A stretch of DNA of 20,000 nucleotides from Catajapyx aquilonaris (taxonomy: Eukaryota), in assembly GCA_000934665.2 (NCBI GenBank), contig JYFJ02001637.1:53775-73774 (forward strand). The letters run 5' to 3'. This document shows positions 1 to 10,718 of this stretch, piece after piece. Numbering within the stretch: position 1 is the first letter of the stretch; every line of letters starts with the position of its first letter. A program made the position numbers and the translations under genes. Under the pieces are notes generated by a model. The model made no database searches, had not been told where the DNA came from, and saw only the letters and a program-made list of their open reading frames with translations.

Positions 1-103
1 TCCGTACGCGGCTGGACTTGCCAATATCCAAGCTGTACCCCCTCATGGCCAGACCTTGCCTTGTGCAATTAGGCCATGCAATTTGGATGAAGCTGCACCA
101 GAA

Positions 104-469
104 ACCAGGAGGAATATACACTGCTGGTTTCCAACAGAATTCTAAATGTCAGTGTGTGCATGGTTGGTGGGGCAGAGAGAAAACCCGGTTTTAGAGGAAG
201 GGGAAAAGAGAAGTGTCCCCATTTCACGTGGACCGCTCCATTACGCTAAGCTCTCCGCAAGGTGATAATGTCTGCCAGCCGCAAAATCGGCCGTGAAAAA
301 TTAACAGGGGATGGGGTCGACCACACGTTCAGGGATATCCAGGGGATATCCGGTAAAGCTGGAGGGATCAGGTTTGCCTTTCCTTAGAGGGCAATGATCT
401 CAAAGGAATGGGGTCCATAGTTGGAAGCAATTTTTGGGGGGGCCTAATATTGGAAAAAACAAGTTTCAG
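104..469 (-). pseudogene. Possible heavily decayed LINE APE-endonuclease fragment
   Basis: Minus-strand translations in different frames give, in the expected order, LKLVFSNIR (469-443), HSFEIIAL* (410-387), KPDPS..LDIP (~375-330) and AVYIPP (124-107). These resemble the N-terminal NIRGL, DIIALxET, IPGY and VYxPP motifs of CR1/L2/Jockey endonucleases. Frameshifts and stops are required, and the match is by eye only. Confidence 0.25.
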
Positions 470-2880
470 AACTCTCAGTAGTCTGAGAGTGTTAGGTAGT
501 GTGAGAGCCTGCCCGCTTTTGGTCACGTGATGTGGGTGGGGCATGCGCACTGCTTCCCTGGCTTTGGCCAGGGGAGAGTCAGTTGGTATCCAGTGTCGAA
601 TGAGTCTGGAAGAGTCTGTACTAAGGTGGCGACCTGGAGCCATGGAGCCCAGGTGTTTTCTCAGTAGAGCTAGCACGGGGTTGGCCACAGATGGGACAAA
701 CAAAATGTTTAAACTTAAAATTTAAACTTTAAATTTAAAATGTTTAAAACTAAATAGAATTTTTTTTTGGCATTCAAAAGCCATACATTATGAATAAAAA
801 CATCAAAAAGTTCTGCTCAGAAAAGGCCGCCAGTTTGCAATATGAACATTCTACCGCCTAACTTTTTGGAGTGTACCGCACCAGTGCATGTCAGGAATTG
901 TTAGGCATATACATGTCGAAAAAGCCAACACATCCAGGGGGAGAAAACTAAAACCCCCCAGCTCCATTTTGGGCTACAAACTCCAAGAGTATTTGCTTCC
1001 CCACCAACTGTCGCTTCCGTCTAGCTAATTATTAATCTTCGTCGAGAGTAATTTTGTTAGCGAAGCGACGTTGCTGGCTTCGATTTCTCCAGAAAGGCAT
1101 TTTCGATCTGTATCTGACAAGTGCACGGGGGCCAATTTGTGGCTGGATGCAAAACCGGCTGTAATTTGCTTCCCCCCATCCCCCCCCCCCACCCTCCTAG
1201 AACACTGGCTGATTCAAAGTACCCCCCAATAAACAAGAGTAATCCAACAATGTACAGAGAAACAAGAAAAATCAGCTAATCTTGCCAGTTAAAAATAACT
1301 GCTAATTTTGACACCAGTTTAAATTGCCGCTATGCTTTTTTCGAATTAAAAATGGCGTCGGTCTATACAGGCTTGGGGTACACATTGGTTTAAAAGTTTG
1401 CTGAAATGTGGGAGTATATTTTGCAGTTGTTTGCTTTTGCTACTGAAACCGCCGACTGGTTGGGGGGGGGGGATTCCAGCAGGCGGCGATTATCTGTTTG
1501 TTATGTAAAATCGATTTTAAATAATTGTTAAAGTTGGGGAGGCGAATATATATTGCACTCGCAGCTGGGTCGTAAAATGGGCGTCATCCGCCACCCAGAC
1601 ACAACTGCTGGATTATGCGCCGTTCCAAACAAAAAATTTATTTGATATCGGTGGACAAATCGTTGAATCAATTTTATACTGCTCTTTGTAATGATCATTG
1701 AACATTGAATTCTCAAAATGTAAGTACAGTATTTTTTTGAGTCATCTTTGAGCCATTCCTATTCACTCAGATGGGATGAAACCTACCTAAAATTACAGTC
1801 TCATAAGACTGAACTTTCTTTGCCCGAATCCTTCTTTTTTAATAAACAAGTCAGAAGAGCGTGAACTAGCGGATTAATTCCAGAAGGAAAGCCCCAGCTA
1901 TCCCAAGCTCCAGCAGCCATTTCCTTTGATACACCAGACCGGTTCGTTTGCTCCAGTTTTAATGCCCATTGGCACCACTGGGAGCCTCTTTCTGCTTATT
2001 ACATAGATCCCATGGACTTAAAACTGGAAACACAGCCCGGAGCACTTAGGCTCGGTTACATGTATGTGAGCAACAAACAAGTATGCGTTTATCATGGTAC
2101 AAGGCATATTTAAAGGTCGGTTAAACATTCTATCTCCTGTGTCTCTGTATGTGCACGCAGGAAGTTCCTTACAAAAGAAATAGCCGTGAGACAAGCTAAG
2201 ATGCAACAACAGACGAAAAACTCGAGAGAAAACGACTTCCGCCTTTTCCTCAAAGAAATTGCTTTTCTTATATTCCCTTTCTGCATTTTTCCCAGACTTC
2301 AAAGTAGTACGCGGTAGGCAAATTATTTGCTGCTTACAGTAGGGGCCTTTTTGGCCCTTACCTGTTTTTCTCCAGGGTATTGCTGGAATGTGTGTGTCTA
2401 TATATGTATATTAACCTTATGTGCTTACAACAATGGGACTTTCCAAGCTTAGATTGAAAATCGCTGGTTTTGAGAGATTAAAAAAAGAGAATAATAATGG
2501 AAGTTAGGCACGTCATAAGAGTGGTAAGGAAGGTCTTTTGTTCTTCTTCCATCCTCATCATCGGAATTGGAGGAAGCTGCTTGGATGAACTTTTCATTCC
2601 ACTCTTTTCTTTCTATCCCTCTCTATCTCCTCCACGTGCTGCAGGAGCCAACCCATCAGATCGATGCTTCTTTCCTCCTTTTTTTTCAAAAAAAGGAAGG
2701 GAAAAAACCTGATGCTGAAGGGAAGCAGAATAATGAATCTTCCTTTTCCGTTGTGGGGAAAGGTACAGAAGTCTTTCGTTTCATAATCAAGAAAAGGATT
2801 TCTTCAGGCTTCTGTACTTTAAAAGCTGTATCATAATATTGCAGGACCACCAGTGCTAATGCCTATGGGTGTTAGTGTTA

Positions 2881-3130
2881 ATTTTTCATGGAAAAATATA
2901 TTTCGTGTGTTAGACGAGAATTTTCGTCAATTTTTTCATGGAAAAATATATTTCGTGTGTTAGACGAGAATTTTCGTCAATTTTTTATGGAAAAATATAT
3001 TTCGTGTGTTAGACGAGAATTTTCGTCAATTTTTTCATGGAAAAATATATTTCGTGTGTTAGACGAGAATTTTCGTCAATTTTTTCATGAAAAAAATTCG
3101 TGTATTAGAGAAGAATTTTCATCATTTTTT
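2881..3130. repeat. 50-bp tandem minisatellite (4 near-identical units plus a degenerate fifth)
   Basis: Unit CATGGAAAAATATATTTCGTGTGTTAGACGAGAATTTTCGTCAATTTTTT starts at 2887, 2937, 2987 (lacking the first C) and 3036, with a degenerate unit from 3086. There are no spacers. Confidence 0.95.
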
Positions 3131-3279
3131 GACTATAGAACTTCAACTCCTTTTGAGCCGTATCTACAACCGGTTTCAAGTGCTGGTGCTGGTGCGTGTG
3201 TGTTAGAGAAGAATTTTCGTCAATTTTTGACTAGAACTTCAACTCCTTTTGAGCCGTATCTACAACCGGTTTCAAGTGC
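3098..3279. repeat. ~96-bp-period tandem duplication fused to the end of the 50-bp array
   Basis: TAGAACTTCAACTCCTTTTGAGCCGTATCTACAACCGGTTTCAAGTGC occurs at 3136-3183 and 3232-3279. Each copy is preceded by a degenerate half-unit of the 50-bp repeat (TTAGAGAAGAATTTTC). Confidence 0.92.
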
Positions 3280-3788
3280 GAATGAAGCAGCAAAAAACAG
3301 AGTGAGAAAACGTTCCCCTCTAGGATTAAATTTAACTAATTATCATTTCAATACAGCCCATCCAAAATCCCCGTGATGACTTTCAGAGCTGGCTGCCAGG
3401 CCCATCCTAAAATCTACCCCCGCACGGTTTTTAGCCCCCCGAGGAGGATGAAGAGGATCATTAGTTGAGAGTCATGAAGACCACTTTTTTTTTAATGGAG
3501 GAAAAAAAAAGTTTCGACCAAGTCCAGACGTAATTATAGAAAAACAGGGATGAATGGGCCTGTTGGATGACGAAAAAGCCTATAAATTCAACCGGGTTCT
3601 GGCACATCTGGCTTAAAAACCGGGACTTAATACGAGAGCTTATCACACTTAATTAATGCGTACCCTTATGCTGTCAAAATTACTTAATATGTCATTAGCG
3701 CAAGTTATCACATTAATTTAAAGTTAGCTGGCTCGTGAAGTACGGGTAATTTACAGGGTTGTTTTAGAAAAATGGGGAAACTTTTTTT

Positions 3789-3838
3789 TTAGCGGAATGG
3801 GGAGATAACGTTAGCGGAATGGGGAGATAACGTTAGCG
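3789..3838. repeat. 22-bp tandem duplication
   Basis: TTAGCGGAATGGGGAGATAACG twice, followed by TTAGCG. Confidence 0.9.
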
Positions 3839-6800
3839 AAACAGTACAGAATCACATATTTTATAAACTTTATTAGTTTTCTGAAAAATTACATAAAGTG
3901 AACAACCAATGAGAGGCTTGAACCACTGATTGGCTGACCATTTACATTTTGCAAGCAGCGGCCTCGTGTAAACGGGAGCCCCCATAAATTAGTATAGAAA
4001 TGACCTCTCTGAACATAAGCCATATTTTTCCCTGCAGTTAAAGTCAGTGCGGCCAACCTCCCCATAAAGGTTCAATATCAAGGTTGGGCAAGGGGGCCAG
4101 TAATGATAGGTCTAATGGAATTACGATGTGAAGTCGATCGAGTGCGGAACAGCTGCAGAGACCACAGGCCCCACAGTCCATTGCCCTTCAACCCTATTCA
4201 TTACAAGCCTTCGCACTTCCATAACCCCCTGGACTGACCTAGGGGATCAAATCTTAGTCCTTAAGTTTTATTGAAAGGTTACTATCATCTATGCAAAATT
4301 TGAATGCAGACTGTTCCGAACCTATATAGGTTCCGAACTTAGGTGCACTTATGGTCTACCATCAGGATTTACATGAGGCAGTAAAGAGCAACAGGTCAGG
4401 TAATTTGGTTTAGAGCCGGATTCAATATTCATGTGTTGTGATGTGAGGGTGTCCATATAAGGCTTGGGTATAGGAGGTCTTTATACAGGGCAACAACTCT
4501 GCAGAACCGAATTACATCCGTGGTTTTACAAAATTGCAGTGCTTCGATGGGGCGAGGGGGGGGGGGGGGTCAGTGACCGAAAATAATGGTCCTGCGCGTT
4601 TCCGGGTCACACGGCGACACCCCCCACAAAACCGATTCGAACCTCCCCCATTTTCTAGTTGTGACCATTGTGATCCAACCACAATGCCTCGTGCCTCCAA
4701 GATAATTGCTCATAATGTTTCAACCACGCGTGCCCACCGACAATTCCATTCACGGAACAACGTTTATTATTCTCCACACTCTGACATGGCTGCGGCCATT
4801 TTTTTGGGGACAAGGGTGACATTTTTTTATCAAAAGGGTTTTGGATGACATTTTTGATCCAAAATTATTTTCAAGTGTTGAAATCTTTGTCTCCAACTTG
4901 TGTTGAGAGAACTAGAATCCTCGCACGTGTTGAGGCCGACAGATGGTTGGGAGAAGTGGCAACATTTGCATAAGGAAGGAGAATTAGCACTAAAAGCTGG
5001 CTGGGAAAGAGAGCCTTGTTGCATTGCGATCTGCAGACTGTGGGTTAAGTGAGAGAACTGTTGGGGAGAGAAATTTTGCACCCTCGGTACTTCCAAGGCA
5101 AACTCTCTGTTGTTTTCCTTCCTCGCCCAATAATGGCCGATCTCAGGGAATTTCAAGTGGGGCAGGTGATCAACCCTAGCCAAGTTTGGTTGGTGGAAGG
5201 GGGGGGGGGGGGTCAACCCTGAACCAGAGTTAAATTAATTACGGAGCAGGAGTATATACCCCTCAGGGTTGGAATAGCACTGGACCTTGCCAACTGGAAA
5301 TTGATGGGAATCATGTTTATACAATAAAGCAGCATCTACTGATTGTCATCCCAACTAGTTATTACTAATTGCCTTACTTTTTTCCAGATATGCCTTCCCT
5401 GATATAATGCCAGGATGAAAGTGTACAAAACTGGGCCAAAGTACTCTTCAAAAAAAAACTAAGGTTAGTGCAGTTTGGTCTCTCAAGGGAGTAGAGGCAG
5501 AATCTTCTCCAGGCACTTCATCGGATTTTTGGGAGGACCCCTGGTGGGGGCTTCCCATCCGCAGCCTGCTCCAAAATACACAGCACACACGTACTGTATG
5601 GTCCTCCGGGTATGGATGCTCCCCCAGAGTACGCCACGTACGTTTTTGTTTTTGGTCAAGGGCAATTTGGGTCAGTGTAAACCGCGCACACTCGCATAAA
5701 AGGCCTCATTACATATTTATGGTACGCGTGTGTACAGTTTCACGCGCCCTAAGTTGCACTCCATGTGAAGCATTTCGGGAGCCAAAAAAGTGTAAGTAGA
5801 GGTAATTATATGCAGAATATTACATGCGGTAAGTGATTATTTTGCAATAGGTATACATATAGGTTCATCCACACTATCTGTATATTCCACAAGTACTTTC
5901 CGAATTGGCATACCGGATTGAACTCTGTGCACTCACCTATCTTACTGAAAATATAAAAATGGCGGTTTAAAGTAATCGGGCACTTCCGAGCACTTCACGC
6001 AGGAGATAAGCACATTGGAGTGCCTTTGCCCCTTCACCCCGAACCCTACAAAGTCCGCCAGGCTGAAGCTTCAATGTGCTTCATTTGGCCTATTGGATCC
6101 GCTTCCCTCCCGCAATCATCTCCAGGTAATGAGATTAATTTGTGCGTGTGAAATTGCTCTTGAAGCAATTCTGATGTAACGAGCTGGCTGGATTGCCCGG
6201 TAGATGGTTCTGCTCCGAACTATATTCTGTGTCTACAGTACCGCTCATAAGTTCCACCTTCCACTAAAAAAAGAACCTAGGTCAAAACCTAACGTTAAGT
6301 AACTGACAGCTCTGTTGTAACCTATTAGTGCTTGGCAAAATAGAATTTGCTGAAAAAAAAAACTAGGATGGGTCCGTTGTAGAAGCGATGATTTGGGCAG
6401 GCCTTTTGTTGGGTGGTAGGGTGGGGACCGGTTCAATGGGACGTGGCGATGGTGATGAATGGACTGGATGCGGGAAAGTTGTCGACCTTAAATCAATCGG
6501 AGTCATTGGAGCGCAATTGCGGTAGGTTGCCCACAAAAGGTTAATGAGAGCGCCCAACGTTTGTTGATTGCGCAGTCAGGATAATGCGGTCCCTGCTTTT
6601 GCTCTAGAAGAGAAGAGAGGGGGTTCAACGAGAGTTTAAAAAAAAATTTGCATTGTGGGTACCAACAGCATCTGACGGAGATCCTTTCATAAATCCTCCG
6701 CCTGTGTACCGTCTGACACGAGTCAATAATATCGATTAACTGTAAGCTATAATGCTGTGGGATGAAAATTTATTGATGATGACGATGAATGAAAGCAAAT

Positions 6801-7053
6801 ATTGCGTTTCTAGGAAAATGAATATTGCCAGCCTGGTTTTAGTCGTTAATGAACATTAGGCTTGTTGTATAAACGAGCGCTCCGTGATGCCGCCCTAATA
6901 TCATGTAAGCTACACCATGTAACGGTATCTGCTAAAACCGCGATTGTGCCTTGTACTTATCGATCTAGTTATCATTTGTAGCTATGAAGCAGATGAAAGT
7001 GTTCTTTCATATTTTAAACAATATTCGCAAATCACGCAAGTAGGCTCTTTCTC

Positions 7054-7122
7054 ATTGCCAAAGAAATTCAAATTGGACAACAATAACATAGAATGTTTTC
7101 CAAATTGAATTTCTTTGGCAAT
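7054..7122. repeat. 69-bp inverted repeat/hairpin
   Basis: ATTGCCAAAGAAATTCAA (7054-7071) is the exact reverse complement of 7105-7122. A further 9 of 11 bp pair inside, closing an 11-nt loop. Confidence 0.9.
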
Positions 7123-7200
7123 AACAGTGACAGACAGAGCCGTTCTGTAAGACTTTTTTCATGCGAAAAAGTCTGAATAAAAGTTATTGATACAGTAGAA

Positions 7201-7272
7201 CAGCGGTTCCTAAAGTGGGTTCCGCGGAAGGATCATCAGGGTTCCTCGACTCAAAAAGTTTGGGAACCGCTG
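7201..7272. mobile_element. 72-bp hAT (Charlie-like) MITE
   Basis: TIRs CAGCGGTTCCTAAA / TTTGGGAACCGCTG match at 13 of 14 and fit the CAGYGGTTCYCAAAC Charlie-type terminus. The 8-bp target-site duplication is CAGTAGAA (7193-7200) / CAATAGAA (7273-7280), with a central TA. Confidence 0.85.
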
Positions 7273-7279
7273 CAATAGA

Positions 7280-7355
7280 ATGTAGCTGAATTTTCAAAAT
7301 CAGCTATTGACATCTGCTAGATCGCTAATAGCTGCTTTTGAAAATTCAGTTACAT
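7280..7355. repeat. 76-bp inverted repeat/hairpin
   Basis: TGTAGCTGAATTTTCAAAATCAGCTATT (7281-7308) pairs with AATAGCTGCTTTTGAAAATTCAGTTACA (7327-7354) at 26 of 28. There is an inner ATCT/AGAT stem. Confidence 0.9.
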
Positions 7356-7456
7356 GACTCTTATCACACCAAGTAATTCACTCAAGCTTCTCAATCTTTC
7401 TCAGACCAAACAGACCTCAGACCTGGACATGTAAGTCCCTGAACAAATTCTGGATG

Positions 7457-7579
7457 AGGCCAATAAGTCTGTCAAAAGTGTTTTTTGGGGGGGTCGAAAA
7501 AGAGGAGAAGAGCAGGTTAAGAGTGATGGTCTGGCTGGCGACCGGTATCTGCTCCCAGGGCTTAGATGATCAATATGGC
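7457..7579 (+). pseudogene. Possible decayed LINE reverse-transcriptase fragment (RT N-terminal blocks)
   Basis: In-frame RPISLSKVF..EK..KSRL...LDDQYG resembles the non-LTR RT pattern YRPISLLSxxSKVFEKxxxxRL...LxxxQYGF. The spacing is distorted and no downstream motifs are seen. Confidence 0.3.
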
Positions 7580-9124
7580 GGCTTGCCGGAGTTAAACGTG
7601 AACAAAGGCTTTTGGTCTGATGGATTTTTCCGCCTCGTGGGCACAAAGGGGAAGAGACCTCGCAAGGGCGGCCGTCACTTTCACTCCGGGCTGCTTAGAA
7701 CATCGATTCTGCCCCTGGGCTCCTCACTGGGGTTTTCGCGAAACGAGATTGTCCAAGAGATGGCCTGACCCACAGTCCGAAAATGTCCGGATTATAAAAA
7801 TAGCAGCGTCCAAAAATAGCGGTTATTTTGACATAAAGTGTCATGGTCGCTCTTTTCAGGACTTCGAATACCGAATATTGGGCAAGTAGTTCCCGAAACC
7901 CGCTCCTGGACTTTCCGTCCACTCAGGGTTCCCAATTTCCCAGGACTAACCTCTCGACCCCTTTCAAGATTCCCTCTTGTTCGCAGACTAGGCCCTGGAG
8001 GAGAGGACTCTTATCAAACTCTCTTAGGCGCCTCCCAATCATCCGCGCCAATGTACTTTTACCTCTCCTAATTAACTTTTCTGGGGGTTATGACCCAGAT
8101 CCAGACTTGCCTGGTCCTATACCGATAATGGAAAGAAAAATACTGCTGGGGAGGGTGGGTTAAACAATGTCCTTTTGTTATTGGACGCTTGTTAGTTTAG
8201 TGGGGAATTACCCTGGGGGTCAATACACCAAATGCAGCCTATTTCCGATAACAGGGCTGGGCCTAGCTAGGCCTAGCTCACGTTCTCGCCCTAAAGTGTC
8301 ATGGCCGCCTTATATCGGACAAGTGTGCATATACTACGGTATATATATCAAGTAGAGTCATGCGTTTATAATAATGTAGTGCACACACAGAATTATCGTT
8401 TCGAATTTTGCATTCAATGTTACTGCTTTGTCATTGTGTAGCCTACAATATTTCCATGCATTATCCAGACTACAAACCATGCGTAGCAGTTTTGCATTTG
8501 TGCGGTTACAGCGAACGAGGCCTTCTCGCCAGCACTTTATTTGAAAATACACCGTTCAGCTATTTTCACATTTGTATCCAAATTTATACAGAGCAGCGCA
8601 GTATATGCATGGGAGACCATGTGAAAAATTATGCACACTATTGGAGAAGAACTTCTAAAATGTGTATGAATATTACTTTAAATAGTTCGTTTGTAGTTTA
8701 TAGCCCTCCTGAGATCCTATTAAGGTCAGTCATGCATAGAACACTTTCAGGATAACTCAGATTACAAAATCTGCTAAATGTTTCTATTCATATTGATCAC
8801 CATCCTTTCATGTCTCTAGGTTTAATTATACGCTATTGGTTAGAGTATACAAACGGAAACGGACGTTTCAAACGGGGGACTACATTAAAACGGTGTTTGC
8901 CTCCTAAAATCTAGCATTAGTCCGGTTTTACAAAGTCACTAAATCTCCGCATCGTGAGGCAGAATTTAAACAAGAACGAACCCGACACCCTAATCCGATA
9001 GAGTAAATTCCAATCTGGTTAACCCCCTATGTAATCACAGCTGCATGTGTTGGCCCCATAATCCGACGGGCAAGCTTTTGCAAAAAGGAGGTTTCCAGCT
9101 CTTAAAATTTACGGCTTTTTTGCG

Positions 9125-9183
9125 TAGAACGTGGGTTTTAAGTATAGGTATAGAATCTAGAATGTGGGTTTTAAGTATAGGTA
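9125..9183. repeat. 26-bp direct duplication (33-bp period)
   Basis: TAGAAYGTGGGTTTTAAGTATAGGTA at 9125-9150 and 9158-9183. Confidence 0.88.
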
Positions 9184-9509
9184 GGTTTCCTGGTTGTTGT
9201 GTAGGTGTGTGTGTGTGTTTTGTTTCATTCCACCACCTCACGCAGCCAATATTGGTTCCCACTCGGGCAGATATCGGAAACTATTTCGCGGATAAACCAA
9301 AATGGAAAACGCCAGGCCAGAGATGGCAATCGGCGGGGGACCATCCCGACCAGACACAGATCGTCTTTATTTCCCAGGCACGAAACATGCTCCTTTCTCT
9401 TCCACAGCCCACAGCCGCCTTTTCCTTCTTCTATACGATGGCATGTCGAAAAAAATCTGGGATATCTGAAATACCAGACACGAACGTGCTGGATGTTGGT
9501 CTGTTATAT

Positions 9510-9548
9510 TGTTGTTGTTTGTTTTTTTAAAATTAACAAACAACAACA
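9510..9548. repeat. Short perfect hairpin of simple sequence
   Basis: TGTTGTTGTTTGTT (9510-9523) / AACAAACAACAACA (9535-9548), a 14-bp perfect stem. Confidence 0.75.
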
Positions 9549-9610
9549 CTAAAACCCTGTGGGTTGGTTAGAGAGGCTCTAGGTAGCCTAGGGAGAGAGT
9601 TGCCAACTTA

Positions 9611-9723
9611 TGACGTCAGTTAATGTCCTAAGGAGGACGCCATCTTGCGGTGCTGACGTCACGGTCGACTGGCTGGGACCAGCAACGCAAGATGGCGGCA
9701 TCAGGACATAAATTAATTTGCAT
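9611..9723. promoter_or_regulatory. Candidate regulatory element: inverted YY1-type motifs with two CRE palindromes and an octamer
   Basis: TGACGTCA at 9611-9618 and 9654-9661. CGCCATCTTGCG (9638-9649) is inverted against CGCAAGATGGCG (9686-9697), the YY1 consensus being CAAGATGGCGGC. ATGTCCT/AGGACAT form an outer IR, and ATTTGCAT lies at 9716-9723. Function is inferred only. Confidence 0.35.
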
Positions 9724-10718
9724 AGTTTACTTACACATTATTTACCCTTACTGGTTACGACAGTACAACATTAGTAAAGACCATGCGGTATGTACGCCAA
9801 TTTTTTACAAAAATTCGATACGACGCGCAGTTTCCATGTTAATGTCAACCGCGTAGGCTACCTCTTTGTGCACATTAAATATGCAGTGTTTTTGTACTCC
9901 ACGCGCAATTTAATTCCCCTAGGCAACCTCATGACCATCCCGATAATGCGAGCCTCACGGGCTTAAAAATAAAAACGTGCGTTTATAAGTGTTGCATGCC
10001 GCCCGAGTGAAAATACAACCCCGCGTAAAAACTCCAATCAGTGGCTAATTAGAGTTAATAGCACACTAGTAATTGGGACAATGTGCATTGCTCTGAAAAT
10101 AATTATTTCTCTCCGGGCCAGGAAAGGTAAACATCAGTTCCAATTTTGTAAGCGGTTGGTTAGCAGCTTGATTGATGGTGACGTCACAAGTTTTTTTTAA
10201 AAAAAATATAATTGCTCCGGTCTTGGTCGGAAATTCCTACTCGTCACCCAAATATTTTCTGATGATGGCCCCGGGGCAAGTAGTCTAAATAGAGTGCCAG
10301 GGGCTGCCACGCACGCTCAACCAACTGAATTATTAATGGCGCGCCTCCAGACCCAAATTAACTGCCACCTTCCCGAACAATTACCATCCACTTCCAGTCC
10401 TTCTCGATAATTCACTGCTGCCATTGTTGCCATTTTTTTGCGAAGGGGACTTGCTGGGATTAAAATTTGCGGTATGCATTCAATGAAGCATTATTGGAGA
10501 AATATTATGACAAAGGAGGTTAGCCAGTTTATGTATCAATATTAACCTAGGGCGTTAGATTTGTAATCATTATGTTCGTTCATTTGCTTATAAAAAGAAT
10601 ATTTTTACAGGTGGGTTGCATCATGTAAGGATGAAAAGTACCCAAGTAAAACATAAAATAATTCAGGCATATCTGGTTTAAAAATTCATTTAAAAAGTAG
10701 AGTTAGCCTGTTTGTGTA

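Noticed and set aside
2881..3279. CRISPR array
   Set aside because: The units are head-to-tail with no unique spacers, there are no cas genes, and the context is eukaryotic.
2888..3376. 162-aa ORF, the longest in the window
   Set aside because: It is a read-through of a 50-bp repeat (not a multiple of 3), so the peptide repeats cycle through frames.
3512..3538. Inverted similarity to 10207-10232 (TTYCGACCAAG.CC.GA..AATTATA)
   Set aside because: Short and about 75-80% identical, with no convincing extension; at most fragments of an old dispersed repeat, not the ends of a 6.7-kb element.
4882..5050. Plus-strand peptide ..GWEREPCCIAICRLWV, loosely like an acetyltransferase motif
   Set aside because: It is bounded by in-frame stops with no clear splice sites, and the similarity is too weak.
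5389..5464. Exon-like segment between TTTTTTCCAG and GTTAGT
   Set aside because: All three frames contain stop codons. It could only be a non-coding exon, and nothing else supports that.
9035..9552. Overlapping ORFs of 60-161 aa
   Set aside because: They span a short duplication and GT/TTG simple repeats, have no recognisable domain, and overlap on both strands.
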